From: an uncultured Pseudomonadota bacterium | Lineage (GTDB): Bacteria; Desulfobacterota; Binatia; Binatales; Binataceae | Length of the DNA stretch: 61,711 nt | Assembly (NCBI GenBank): GCA_937889395.1 | Contig: CALAOW010000083.1 | Location: 1-61,711 of the forward strand | Direction of reading: 5' to 3' | In this document: positions 9,031 through 17,957 of the stretch, in pieces | Position numbering within the stretch: the first letter of the stretch is position 1 | How the letters are laid out: every line of letters begins with the position of its first letter | The notes under the pieces: generated by a model | Told to the model about the DNA's origin: nothing | The model's input: only the letters and a program-made list of their open reading frames with translations | Database searches by the model: none | Translations under genes and position numbers: made by a program

Positions 9031-10239
9031 ATGATTCAATCAACTCACGAAGACGCTTCCTTCAAGCTGCTCGATCGCGCCATTGCCGGACATCGGCTCA
9101 GCGCCGGCGAGATACGCCGCCTCTACGATTTGCCCACAAACGATCTGGCGGCGGCGGCTCACGAATTACGCCTGCGCCGTGGCAACCCGGAGCTGGCGAC
9201 CTACTCCATCGGCGGGAATATCGATTACACGAACATCTGCGTCGTCGCGTGCAAATTTTGCGCGTTCTATCGTGCCAGGCACCAGGAGGGCGCCTTCACA
9301 CTCACGCTCGATGAAATCGCGGATCAGATGGACGAGCTCAAGCGAATCGGGGGGCGCGATGCTCTGCTTGAGGGCGGCATCAATCCCGACTTGCCATTTC
9401 AGTGGTATTTGGATCTGCTGCGGTTTCTCAAATCGCGCTATCCGGAAATCCACATTGATGCATTCAGCCCCGAGGAGATTCTCGGCCTGGAGAAGCTGAC
9501 CGGCCGCGATGCGTGGGATATTCTCTGCGAGCTGAAGGATGCCGGACTCGATGGCATGCCCGGCGCCGCGGCCGAGATCCTGGTTGACGAAGTGCGCGAA
9601 CGCACCGCACCGACGCGGATGAAGACCGGAGACTGGTTCCGAATCATCGACTCGGCCATGAAGGCCGGCCTGCACAATCCGTGGACAGGGATGGTCATCG
9701 GATTCGGCGAGACGCTGGAACAACGCGTTCAGCATCTGATCGCGCTGCGCGATCAACAGGATCGCGGATTAGAGCGTTACGGTTGCGGCTTTTCGGCGTA
9801 CAAGATATGGCCCGCACGCCTCGAGCATACTCGCCTGAACGGGACCACTCCTCCTGCCGATAATGATGCGGTCGTCAATGAGTACTTACGCGACGTGGCG
9901 GTCGCGCGACTTGCGCTCGACAACATCGAAAATCATCGCGCGGTCTGGCGCACGATGGGCTTCGAGGTCGCGGGCCGGGCGCTGCGCTCAGGAGCAAACG
10001 ATCTCTGCGGCACCGGGTCGATCAACGCGATTAACGCTTGCATCACGGCGGCCGGCAAGGATTTGCCCGACCCAACCGAGGCGATGATCCGTGACGTAGT
10101 GAAATGCATCGAAGCCGCCGGCTTCACTGCTGCGCTGCGCGATCCCTATTACAATATTCTTAAGCGCCACGAATCGACCAAATTGGAATCGACCAAATTG
10201 GAAGAATTGCCCGAATCAGCACTGGCTGCGGGAAAGTAA
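9031..10239 (+). CDS. Radical SAM protein of the MqnC/MqnE/CofH subfamily
   Basis: AGGAGA RBS, then ATG at 9031. NIDYTNICVVACKFCAFYR (CxxxCxxC), LLEGGINPDLP, IHIDAFSPEEI, AGLDGMPGAAAEILVDEVR, GMVIGFGET..RVQHLIALRDQQD. Confidence 0.8.
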   Translation: MIQSTHEDASFKLLDRAIAGHRLSAGEIRRLYDLPTNDLAAAAHELRLRRGNPELATYSIGGNIDYTNICVVACKFCAFYRARHQEGAFTLTLDEIADQMDELKRIGGRDALLEGGINPDLPFQWYLDLLRFLKSRYPEIHIDAFSPEEILGLEKLTGRDAWDILCELKDAGLDGMPGAAAEILVDEVRERTAPTRMKTGDWFRIIDSAMKAGLHNPWTGMVIGFGETLEQRVQHLIALRDQQDRGLERYGCGFSAYKIWPARLEHTRLNGTTPPADNDAVVNEYLRDVAVARLALDNIENHRAVWRTMGFEVAGRALRSGANDLCGTGSINAINACITAAGKDLPDPTEAMIRDVVKCIEAAGFTAALRDPYYNILKRHESTKLESTKLEELPESALAAGK

Positions 10240-10337
10240 TAAAATAGCGCCGGCCCCAGCTTGCAGCAGCGGCTGGTGAAAATGGTGGTCGTTTGATACA
10301 GCTTGCCCGCTACTAAGATGGTCGAGGGCGAGTTCGC

Positions 10338-11297
10338 GTGCCCGCAAAAGTCTGGATCGGTATCGATATCGGTGGCACCAAGACGGCGATCGTCGTCTCG
10401 GAACGGCTGCCCGAGGTTAGCGAGCGTCTCCAGTTCGCTACCATTCCCTCCAAGGGCCCCAACCGCGCGCTCGACCTGATAGTTAAGGGAATCGGCGCGC
10501 TCCTGAAGAGCCGCGGGCTTCCGCGCTCGGTAATCCGCGGCATCGGCATAAGCTGTGGCGGCCCGCTTGATCGATTGCGCGGGATTATCCATTCGCCGCC
10601 CAATCTTGCCACGTGGGTGGATGTTCCGGTCAAAGCAATCCTCGAGCGGCAATTCGGCGTTAGCTGCAACGTCGAGAATGACGCAAACGCCGGCGCCGTC
10701 GCCGAGCATCGCTACGGCGCGGGGCATGGATTCGACAACATGGTCTTCGTCACGATGGGCACGGGACTTGGCGCAGGAATCATCGTTGATGGGCAACTTT
10801 ACCGCGGCACTGACGATCTCGCCGGAGAGATTGGGCATGTGCGGCTCACCCGCGGCGGCCCTGTCGGACATAACAAGCGCGGTTCAGCCGAGGGATGGGC
10901 AAGCGGCGGCGGGATGGAGCAGGTAGCGATGCGAGCCGTCGAAGACGCGCGAATGCGCGGGCGCAGCACTATTCTGACGGCCCATCGCGGGACGCTCACG
11001 GCTCGCGACGTTTGCGCGGCTGCGAAGCGCGGCGATGCGGTCGCGATGCGAATCGTTCGTTCCACGGGCGAGCGGCTCGGCCAGGTGCTGGCGATTCTGG
11101 TAGACATCCTCAATCCGGAGCGGATTGTGATCGGCGGCCTGGCGATGCGCACGGACGAGATGATGCTGGGACCCGCACGCGCGGTGATGGCGCGCGAGGC
11201 CTTGCCCGCGTCTGCCGGGTCTTGCCAGGTGGTGCCGGCAGCCTTGGGCGAGCGTATCGGTGATGTTGCGGCGCTATGCGTCGCGATGGGACTCTAA
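10338..11297 (+). CDS. ROK-family protein (sugar kinase-like)
   Basis: GIDIGGTKTA, NDANAGAVAEHRYGAG and TMGTGLGAGIIVDGQLYRG..AGEIGH. The canonical ROK CxCGxxGCxE zinc motif is not evident. GTG start. Confidence 0.75.
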   Translation: MPAKVWIGIDIGGTKTAIVVSERLPEVSERLQFATIPSKGPNRALDLIVKGIGALLKSRGLPRSVIRGIGISCGGPLDRLRGIIHSPPNLATWVDVPVKAILERQFGVSCNVENDANAGAVAEHRYGAGHGFDNMVFVTMGTGLGAGIIVDGQLYRGTDDLAGEIGHVRLTRGGPVGHNKRGSAEGWASGGGMEQVAMRAVEDARMRGRSTILTAHRGTLTARDVCAAAKRGDAVAMRIVRSTGERLGQVLAILVDILNPERIVIGGLAMRTDEMMLGPARAVMAREALPASAGSCQVVPAALGERIGDVAALCVAMGL

Positions 11298-11313
11298 CCG
11301 GGAGGCACGCTTC

Positions 11314-14121
11314 ATGGACCAGCTTTATTTCGTCGTTCACACGCACTGGGATCGCGAGTGGTATCAGCCGTTTCAGCGGATGCGTGCGCGGCTGCTTACG
11401 ATGACGGACAAGATGCTTGCGCTTCTCGAAAGCGGAGCCCTCCCATGCTTTCACTTCGACGGCCAGACGATAGTGCTCGAGGATTACCTCGAAGTGCGGC
11501 CCGACAGTGCGCGCCGAATCGCGAAGCTGGTGAAGGCCGGCAAGCTCCAAATCGGTCCATGGTACCTCCTCGCGGACAGCTTTCTCGCCAGCGGCGAGGC
11601 GCTGATTCGCAATCTCGAGATCGGCAGCCGTATCGCGCGGCGATTCGGGAAGTCCGCACAGACCGGCTATTTGCCCGATCAATTCGGTCACGCCGCGCAG
11701 CTTCCACAGATTCTCTCGGGGTTCGGGCTCAAGGCGGCGGTCGTTTTCCGCGGCGTGGGACGCGAAGTGTATCGCAATCGATTCATCTGGGAAGCGCTCG
11801 ACGGCAGCTCACTGTTCACGATCTTTCTGCCGTTCGGCTATTTCAACGGCGCCGGTCTGCCGACCGACTCGGCTGATGCAATGATCGCGCGAGCGAACGA
11901 GATCGCCGCGCGGGAACGCGAGTTCTCTGCCGGCGCTCCGATCCTGGTGATGAACGGCATCGATCACGCGGAACCCGATCCGCTGGTATTCGAGCGCCTG
12001 AAGGAAGCAGCCGGACGCGCGCCATTCAATTCGGAAGTCGGCACGCTCGACGATTACGCGAAGCGGCTTGCCGAGCTTCCCCGGGACGGCACGCCTCGCG
12101 TCCGCGGTGAATTGCGATCTCCTGCCCGCTCGAATATCACGCCGGGCGTCAGCTCGACACGAGCCTGGATAAAGCAGCGTGACTTCCAAAACGCATATCT
12201 GCTCGAGCGGATTGCCGATCCGCTTGCCGCGCTCGCTTCTCGTTTGAATCAGGCCGACGACCTGACTGCGCTGCTCGAGGTTGCCTGGCGCATGCAGATT
12301 CAGAACCATCCGCACGACTCGATCTGCGGATGCTCGATCGACCAAGTCCATCAGGACATGCGCTACCGCTTCGATCAGGCCGCGATGATCGGCGAGATCG
12401 TGGCGCACCGCGCCGCGGATGCCGTGCTTTCAACACGAAACCGCGCCGAAGCCGCGATCGCGGTGTTCAATCCGACGTTCGCCCGCCGCGCGCTCATCAC
12501 GGGTGAAACCGACCTCGAGGATCCCCACGGATGCTACGTCGCGCTGGATAGCGACGGGCGCCGGATTCCCGTCGCGATCGATGTCGCGCGGCTGGCGCGG
12601 CCATTCGAAATCGAGCTGAAGGCGGCCGACCTCAAAGGTTTGATCACCGGCGCTCAGGTGATGGACCGGTACGTGAACCGGTTCGAACTCGAACGCGTCG
12701 GGGACAATCGATTCGATCTCCGTGTGTTCGCCAGCAGCAGCCCGGCGGCCGACCTGGACCCGGATAGCTTTCGCCGGCGAATTCTGGAGCTGCCTGACGA
12801 GGCGATCCTTCGGATCCAGGCTACGGAGGCCGCGCGGGCGCAAATCACCTTCGTTGACGACGCACTCACGCAGGCCGGCTTCAGCCTTTATCGGCTTGTT
12901 CACTCGGATGAACTCGCTACTAATACGCCGGCCAATGCGGCCGGAATCGAATCGATCGAGAACGAATACTTCAGGCTCAGCCCGTCGCCGCGCGGCCTGA
13001 AAATCGACGACCTGAAAAACAAAAAAGCCCTTGAAATTTATTTCGAAGATGACGGCGATCGCGGCGACGAATACAACTTCGACCCGGTGGCCGATTCGGC
13101 GCCGATCTCGAGGCCTGTATCGATCGCCGCCAGCGTGATCGAGCGCGGAACCGTGAGAAGTCGCATCGCCCTCTCGTCGGTTTACAGTTTCCCGTGCGCG
13201 CTCACGGAGGATCGCACGGCGCGCGCACCGCAGACCGTCGAGGTTCCGATACAACTGACGGCCACCATCTACGCGGGACTCGAGCGCGTGGATTTTGAGG
13301 CAGCGATAGATAATCGCGCGCGCGACCATCGCATCCGCGTCGCGCTATCCACGCCGATTGCGGCCTCGGAATCGCTCTCCGACACGAATTTCGGAATCGT
13401 CCGCCGCCCGCTCGATCCAACCGAGCCGGCGGGAGTCACGGAAGATGTCTATCCGACCGCGCCGCATCGGACGTTCACCGCGGTGGAATCCGCGGAGTTT
13501 TCGGCGGCCATGATGAGCCGTGGAATCTACGAGACCGAGTCCAGGCGAGACGGCGGCGGTACGACAATCTTGTTGACGCTCTTGCGATGCGTAGGATGGC
13601 TTTCGCGCGGAGACCTGAAGATGCGCCGCGGTGATGCCGGTCCGGAGTTCGAAACGCCCGACGCGCAGGAAATCGGCCAGCATCGTTTTCAATTTGCCAT
13701 CACGACCTGGCGCGGTTCGTATGCAGACTCCGGCGTCGTTCAGCTAAGCCAGGCGTATGCGTATCCGCCGCGGGTGTTCCAGGCTTGCTCCGCGGCAGAT
13801 GTGTCTGAGAATCGACTTTGCGCCTGCGACAATCCGCGAGTAGTGTTTTCCACCGCGCGCGCAACGGAACGCGTCGATGCCTGCATCGTACGCGCCTTCA
13901 GCGCTTCCGAGTCACCGGAGATCGCGCGATTCAACTTCGGCCACGGCCGGAGAGCTCGACTGATCGATCTCGCTGGCCGGCCTTTGAAAGGCGTCAAGCT
14001 CAAGCGGCGCCGCGACGGTTCCGTCGAGTTGAATCTGCGCCCCTTTCAGATCGTGACGTTCGAAGTTCGCTGGCCTATGGCGGATTCGCGCCGACCCTCT
14101 GCTAGCCCGCTTGCGGAATAA
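11314..14121 (+). CDS. Glycoside hydrolase family 38 (alpha-mannosidase / mannosylglycerate hydrolase-like)
   Basis: GGGAGG RBS, then ATG at 11314. N-terminal FVVHTHWDREWYQPFQ, GPWYLLADSFL.SGEALIRNL, YLPDQFGH. Confidence 0.85.
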   Translation: MDQLYFVVHTHWDREWYQPFQRMRARLLTMTDKMLALLESGALPCFHFDGQTIVLEDYLEVRPDSARRIAKLVKAGKLQIGPWYLLADSFLASGEALIRNLEIGSRIARRFGKSAQTGYLPDQFGHAAQLPQILSGFGLKAAVVFRGVGREVYRNRFIWEALDGSSLFTIFLPFGYFNGAGLPTDSADAMIARANEIAAREREFSAGAPILVMNGIDHAEPDPLVFERLKEAAGRAPFNSEVGTLDDYAKRLAELPRDGTPRVRGELRSPARSNITPGVSSTRAWIKQRDFQNAYLLERIADPLAALASRLNQADDLTALLEVAWRMQIQNHPHDSICGCSIDQVHQDMRYRFDQAAMIGEIVAHRAADAVLSTRNRAEAAIAVFNPTFARRALITGETDLEDPHGCYVALDSDGRRIPVAIDVARLARPFEIELKAADLKGLITGAQVMDRYVNRFELERVGDNRFDLRVFASSSPAADLDPDSFRRRILELPDEAILRIQATEAARAQITFVDDALTQAGFSLYRLVHSDELATNTPANAAGIESIENEYFRLSPSPRGLKIDDLKNKKALEIYFEDDGDRGDEYNFDPVADSAPISRPVSIAASVIERGTVRSRIALSSVYSFPCALTEDRTARAPQTVEVPIQLTATIYAGLERVDFEAAIDNRARDHRIRVALSTPIAASESLSDTNFGIVRRPLDPTEPAGVTEDVYPTAPHRTFTAVESAEFSAAMMSRGIYETESRRDGGGTTILLTLLRCVGWLSRGDLKMRRGDAGPEFETPDAQEIGQHRFQFAITTWRGSYADSGVVQLSQAYAYPPRVFQACSAADVSENRLCACDNPRVVFSTARATERVDACIVRAFSASESPEIARFNFGHGRRARLIDLAGRPLKGVKLKRRRDGSVELNLRPFQIVTFEVRWPMADSRRPSASPLAE

Positions 14122-14422
14122 GGCTGCTACCGGCGTTCTTGGCTGATGAATTGCCTATGGCACTTTCGGGAGCACTCCACTGTCCTGCTCTCGCACGCAA
14201 CGAGTCCTCGAGCGTGGTCAACGGACACATCACACCCAAAATCGCTTCGAGGCAAACCAATGCGATCGCTACAAGGTGCCAGAGGCGAAAGCAGAATCCC
14301 CGTACCCATTCCCACTCAAGCACAACACCAATGAGGATTGCGGCCAAGCCGAAAACAACAAACACGACATAAGCCGCATGGATCACCACAACCGCGTCGG
14401 CGAGCACGCGCCATCTCACCAT
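14102..14422 (-). CDS. DUF2784-family small membrane protein
   Basis: Three hydrophobic helices and a GVMCPLTTLE motif. The 3' end overlaps the convergent GH38 gene by 20 nt. Confidence 0.6.
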   Translation of the reverse strand: MVRWRVLADAVVVIHAAYVVFVVFGLAAILIGVVLEWEWVRGFCFRLWHLVAIALVCLEAILGVMCPLTTLEDSLRARAGQWSAPESAIGNSSAKNAGSSLIPQAG

Positions 14423-14548
14423 GATTTCATCATCGCACCGCCGCGAGCGTTGGCGAAGGGTGACGGATAGTTCAGCCTCGTCGATGCGGGCCGAGGCCTA
14501 TCTGCAATCGGGCGCCTGGCTCGATCACGGGCACGCGCCGCAATCTCT

Positions 14549-16318
14549 TCAGTCAAGCTTGCGCTTACCGTAGTAGGGCAGCGTAGTTTCGCTTTCGCTG
14601 CCAGCATCGGGCTTCGGTTTTTCCTTCGCGGGCCCAGCAAGGCCGGCGCTGTACATCGCGAGAGTGCCCGGCTCGATCACGTCGCGGTCCGTGACGATAT
14701 TGATGCAAGCGGGCCGTCCCGAAGCGAGCGCCCGCTTGAGCGCCGGCGCGATATCCGCCGCGCGCTCGACAAGTTCGCCCTGGGCGCCTAGCCCCTCGGC
14801 GGCGCGTTCGTAATGAACCATGCCGAGTTCGGTAGCCATGCTGTGGCCTTTCCCCCACATCAGTTCCTGCCCGTGCTTGGACATCCCCCATTGCTGGTCA
14901 TTGTTGATTACGACGGTGATGGGCAGGTTGTTCTTCGCCGCGGTATGGAATTCCGAGAAATTGAGCCCCGCCGATCCGTCGCCGACGATGCAGAAAACCT
15001 GCTTGTCGGGGTGCGCCGCCTTGCACGCGAGCGCGAACGGGAGGCCGGTTCCCAGGCATCCGAGATAGCCGTGCGTCAGGAATCGTCCCGGGTGGCGCGC
15101 CGTCCACGCGTTCGACATCCAGGAGGCGGTCTCGCCACCGTCGGCGACCACGATCGCGTCGGGACTGAGGGTCTTGGCGATATCGTGCACCATCCGCGCC
15201 GGATGAATCGGGCCGGGCCCGTCTTTGAGCGCATCGTCGAAGCGATGGCGCATTGCATTGCGGATCGCGCTCAACCGCTCGATCCATTCCTCGTGACGAT
15301 CGAATTTTTCGTTTTCACTCTTCGCCGCTTCGCATGCCTGCCGCAAAAATTCGCCGCAATCGGAAACAATGCCGAGTTCAATATTCCGGTTGCGCCCGAT
15401 CTCCTCGGGCTCGATATCGACCTGAATTACGCGAGCCTCGGCCGGGATTACCGAGTTGCGCCCGCCGGTGAACAGCCCAATCCGCGTACCAAGCAGGATT
15501 ACGAGGTCGGCGCCGCCGCCGCTGTTCGCATGGATCGCAGGATGAATCGCGCCGAAGCCTCCGAAGCATAGCGGATGCTCCTCGGAGATCGAGCCGCGCG
15601 CCTTGGCGTTGGTCATCACCGGGGTGTTGGTAAGCTCGGCAAAGCGCGTCAGCTCTGCCGCGGCCTGCGCGAACCATACTCCGCCGCCGGCAAGGATCGC
15701 CGGGCGCTTCGCCTCGCGAAGCCATTTGAGCGCCTGCGCGAGCGCGGCTCTGCCGGGGCCGGCAGTCTCCTTGGTACGATAATTTTTGGGAAACTCGACT
15801 CGTTCCTCATCAACGCGCGTGAAGAGCACGTCAATCGGCAGCTCCAGGAACACCGGCCCGGGGCGGCCTGAAGTCGCATGGCGGAAAGCGGCCGCCAGAT
15901 ATTCCGGAATCCGCTCGGTATGCGTGACACTGCGCGCCCACTTGGTGATTGGCCGCAGGATGCCCATCTGATCGACCGCTTGCAGCGACAGCTTGTCATC
16001 CTCGATGAGCGGGCTTCGGCCGCCGATCAAAATCATCGGGATCGAGTCCATGAAGGCGTTGGCGACTCCAGTGACCGCGTCTGTGACTCCTGGCCCCGCC
16101 GTCACGATGGCGACGCCCGGACGGCCGGTCGTGCGCGCCCATCCGTCAGCCATATGCGCCGCTGCCTGCTCGTGACGAGTATCGATCACGCGGAAGTCGT
16201 GTGCGCGGCATGCCGCGTAAATCGCATCGAGATGGCCGCCGTGGAGCGTGAAAATCTCGCGCACGCCCTCTTGCTCGAGCGTCCTTACCAGCATCTCGCC
16301 GCCATCAATCTTTGCCAT
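14549..16318 (-). CDS. Thiamine-diphosphate-dependent enzyme (acetolactate synthase large subunit / oxalyl-CoA decarboxylase / 2-hydroxyacyl-CoA lyase-like)
   Basis: N-terminal TPP-pyrimidine domain (HEQAAAHMADGWAR.TGRPGV..VTAGPGVTDAVTGVANA) and a C-terminal TPP-binding motif (GDGSAGLNFSEF...NN). Confidence 0.85.
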   Translation of the reverse strand: MAKIDGGEMLVRTLEQEGVREIFTLHGGHLDAIYAACRAHDFRVIDTRHEQAAAHMADGWARTTGRPGVAIVTAGPGVTDAVTGVANAFMDSIPMILIGGRSPLIEDDKLSLQAVDQMGILRPITKWARSVTHTERIPEYLAAAFRHATSGRPGPVFLELPIDVLFTRVDEERVEFPKNYRTKETAGPGRAALAQALKWLREAKRPAILAGGGVWFAQAAAELTRFAELTNTPVMTNAKARGSISEEHPLCFGGFGAIHPAIHANSGGGADLVILLGTRIGLFTGGRNSVIPAEARVIQVDIEPEEIGRNRNIELGIVSDCGEFLRQACEAAKSENEKFDRHEEWIERLSAIRNAMRHRFDDALKDGPGPIHPARMVHDIAKTLSPDAIVVADGGETASWMSNAWTARHPGRFLTHGYLGCLGTGLPFALACKAAHPDKQVFCIVGDGSAGLNFSEFHTAAKNNLPITVVINNDQQWGMSKHGQELMWGKGHSMATELGMVHYERAAEGLGAQGELVERAADIAPALKRALASGRPACINIVTDRDVIEPGTLAMYSAGLAGPAKEKPKPDAGSESETTLPYYGKRKLD

Positions 16319-16585
16319 TGGTGAATCTCCCTGTTCCGTGCGATTCGAAGCCCGGTCTGCTCGATCGCACGCAAGTGCCGTGCTCGTTCCTCTTTTAGCT
16401 TATAGCCCGGCCACGCGAGTTCGCCTAGACACGCGGCGCCATTTGAGTTATCCCGGAAAGAATCATTGCGGCGATTGGATACATCCCAACAAATGAAAAC
16501 TCTTCACTGAACGATCGTTCATTTCGGGCACAACCTATGCTACGTCTTGCCCGTCCCATTCAATACCACCGTCGAGGAGCAAGGA

Positions 16586-17851
16586 ATGGACATCTACCGC
16601 GAGCTAAACGTCGAACTCCCTAAAGATATCGAGTCCGTCAAAGAAGGCGTTCATCGCTTCGCCAAGGACGTCCTTCGCCCGGCTGCGGCGGTCCTCGACC
16701 GGATGACCGATCCGCGCGACGTGATCGCGCTCGATTCGCCGCTAAGAAGCGTTCTCAAACAGGCATACCAGTTGGGATACCACGTCGCCGGCCTTCCCAC
16801 GGAAATCGGCGGCATGGGACTGCGTGGGCTCGGAATGCATGTGCTGATCGAGGAGATGTCCTGGGGCGCGGTTGATCTGGCGATAAGCCTTCTGGCCACC
16901 GGTTTTCCGTTTTCTGCCGCCGCCGCGAGCGGCAATCCAGAGCTCTACGAAAAGTTTGTTAAGCCCTATATCGCCGATCGCGACGGTAGTCTCATCGGAT
17001 GCTGGGCGATCACTGAGCCTCAGCACGGTTCCGATGAACTGGTGCCGGGTACGCCCCAGTTCCACAATCCCCGCGTGACCGGTCAGGTCGTCGCGCGCGC
17101 CGACGGCGACTCATATGTGATCAATGGACAGAAGGCGGCGTGGGTCTCGAACGGGACGATCGCGACCCACGCGGCGCTTTATCTGACGACCGAGCCCAAG
17201 GCCGGCATGGCTGGCGGAGGTATCGCTTTCGTCCCGCTCAACCTGCCGGGCGTGTCAAAGGGTAAGCCGCTCAACAAGCTCGGCCAACGCGCGCTCAATC
17301 AGGGTGAAATTTATTTCGACAATGTGAGGATTCCGCGCAAATGGATGCTGACAAAGAGCGAGGGCTACGAGCTCGAAGTCGAACGGACTCTCACATTTGC
17401 CAACTCGGCGATGGCGGCTGCGTTCACCGGCGTCGCACGCGCCGCTTACGAGGAAGCGCTCGACTACTCGAAGCAGCGCGTCCAGGGCGGGCAGCCGATC
17501 TGCGAGCATCAACTCGTCCAGAAGCATCTGTTCGAGATGTTCACCAAGGTTGAGGCATGCCGGGCGTTGTCACGGGCCGTGATGATCTACAACCAGACCT
17601 CGGCGGCTCCGTCACTGGAGCACGCGATCGCGGCCAAGACGTTCTGCACACAGGCATCGTTCGAGGTCGCGAGCGACGCACTCCAGGTATTCGGCGGCAA
17701 TGGCCTCAGCAAGGAGTACGGAATCGAAAAACTCTTCCGCGACGCACGCGCCTCGTTGATTGAGGACGGCACCAACGATGTCCTGAGCCTCGCGGGTGCG
17801 CGCCACATTCTCGATCGCAACGGCGTGGCGGGACCTGCGACGGCGCAGTAG
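16586..17851 (+). CDS. Acyl-CoA dehydrogenase family protein
   Basis: GAGGAG RBS, then ATG at 16586. ITEPQHGSD, INGQKAWVSNG, FGGNGLSKEYGIEKLFRDA. Confidence 0.85.
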   Translation: MDIYRELNVELPKDIESVKEGVHRFAKDVLRPAAAVLDRMTDPRDVIALDSPLRSVLKQAYQLGYHVAGLPTEIGGMGLRGLGMHVLIEEMSWGAVDLAISLLATGFPFSAAAASGNPELYEKFVKPYIADRDGSLIGCWAITEPQHGSDELVPGTPQFHNPRVTGQVVARADGDSYVINGQKAAWVSNGTIATHAALYLTTEPKAGMAGGGIAFVPLNLPGVSKGKPLNKLGQRALNQGEIYFDNVRIPRKWMLTKSEGYELEVERTLTFANSAMAAAFTGVARAAYEEALDYSKQRVQGGQPICEHQLVQKHLFEMFTKVEACRALSRAVMIYNQTSAAPSLEHAIAAKTFCTQASFEVASDALQVFGGNGLSKEYGIEKLFRDARASLIEDGTNDVLSLAGARHILDRNGVAGPATAQ

Positions 17852-17957
17852 CGCCGCGTCGGGATAGCAAAGGAATCAACATGGCGCGTCTTCAGGGGCC
17901 AATCGATCGAGAGAAAGCGGGAATCAACATCGCCGCATCTGACAGGGAGAATCGAAA

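Noticed and set aside
14102-14121. The 20-nt convergent overlap of the GH38 and DUF2784 gene ends, considered as a regulatory antisense feature.
   Set aside because: Short 3'-3' overlaps are common in compact GC-rich genomes, and nothing else is distinctive about the site.
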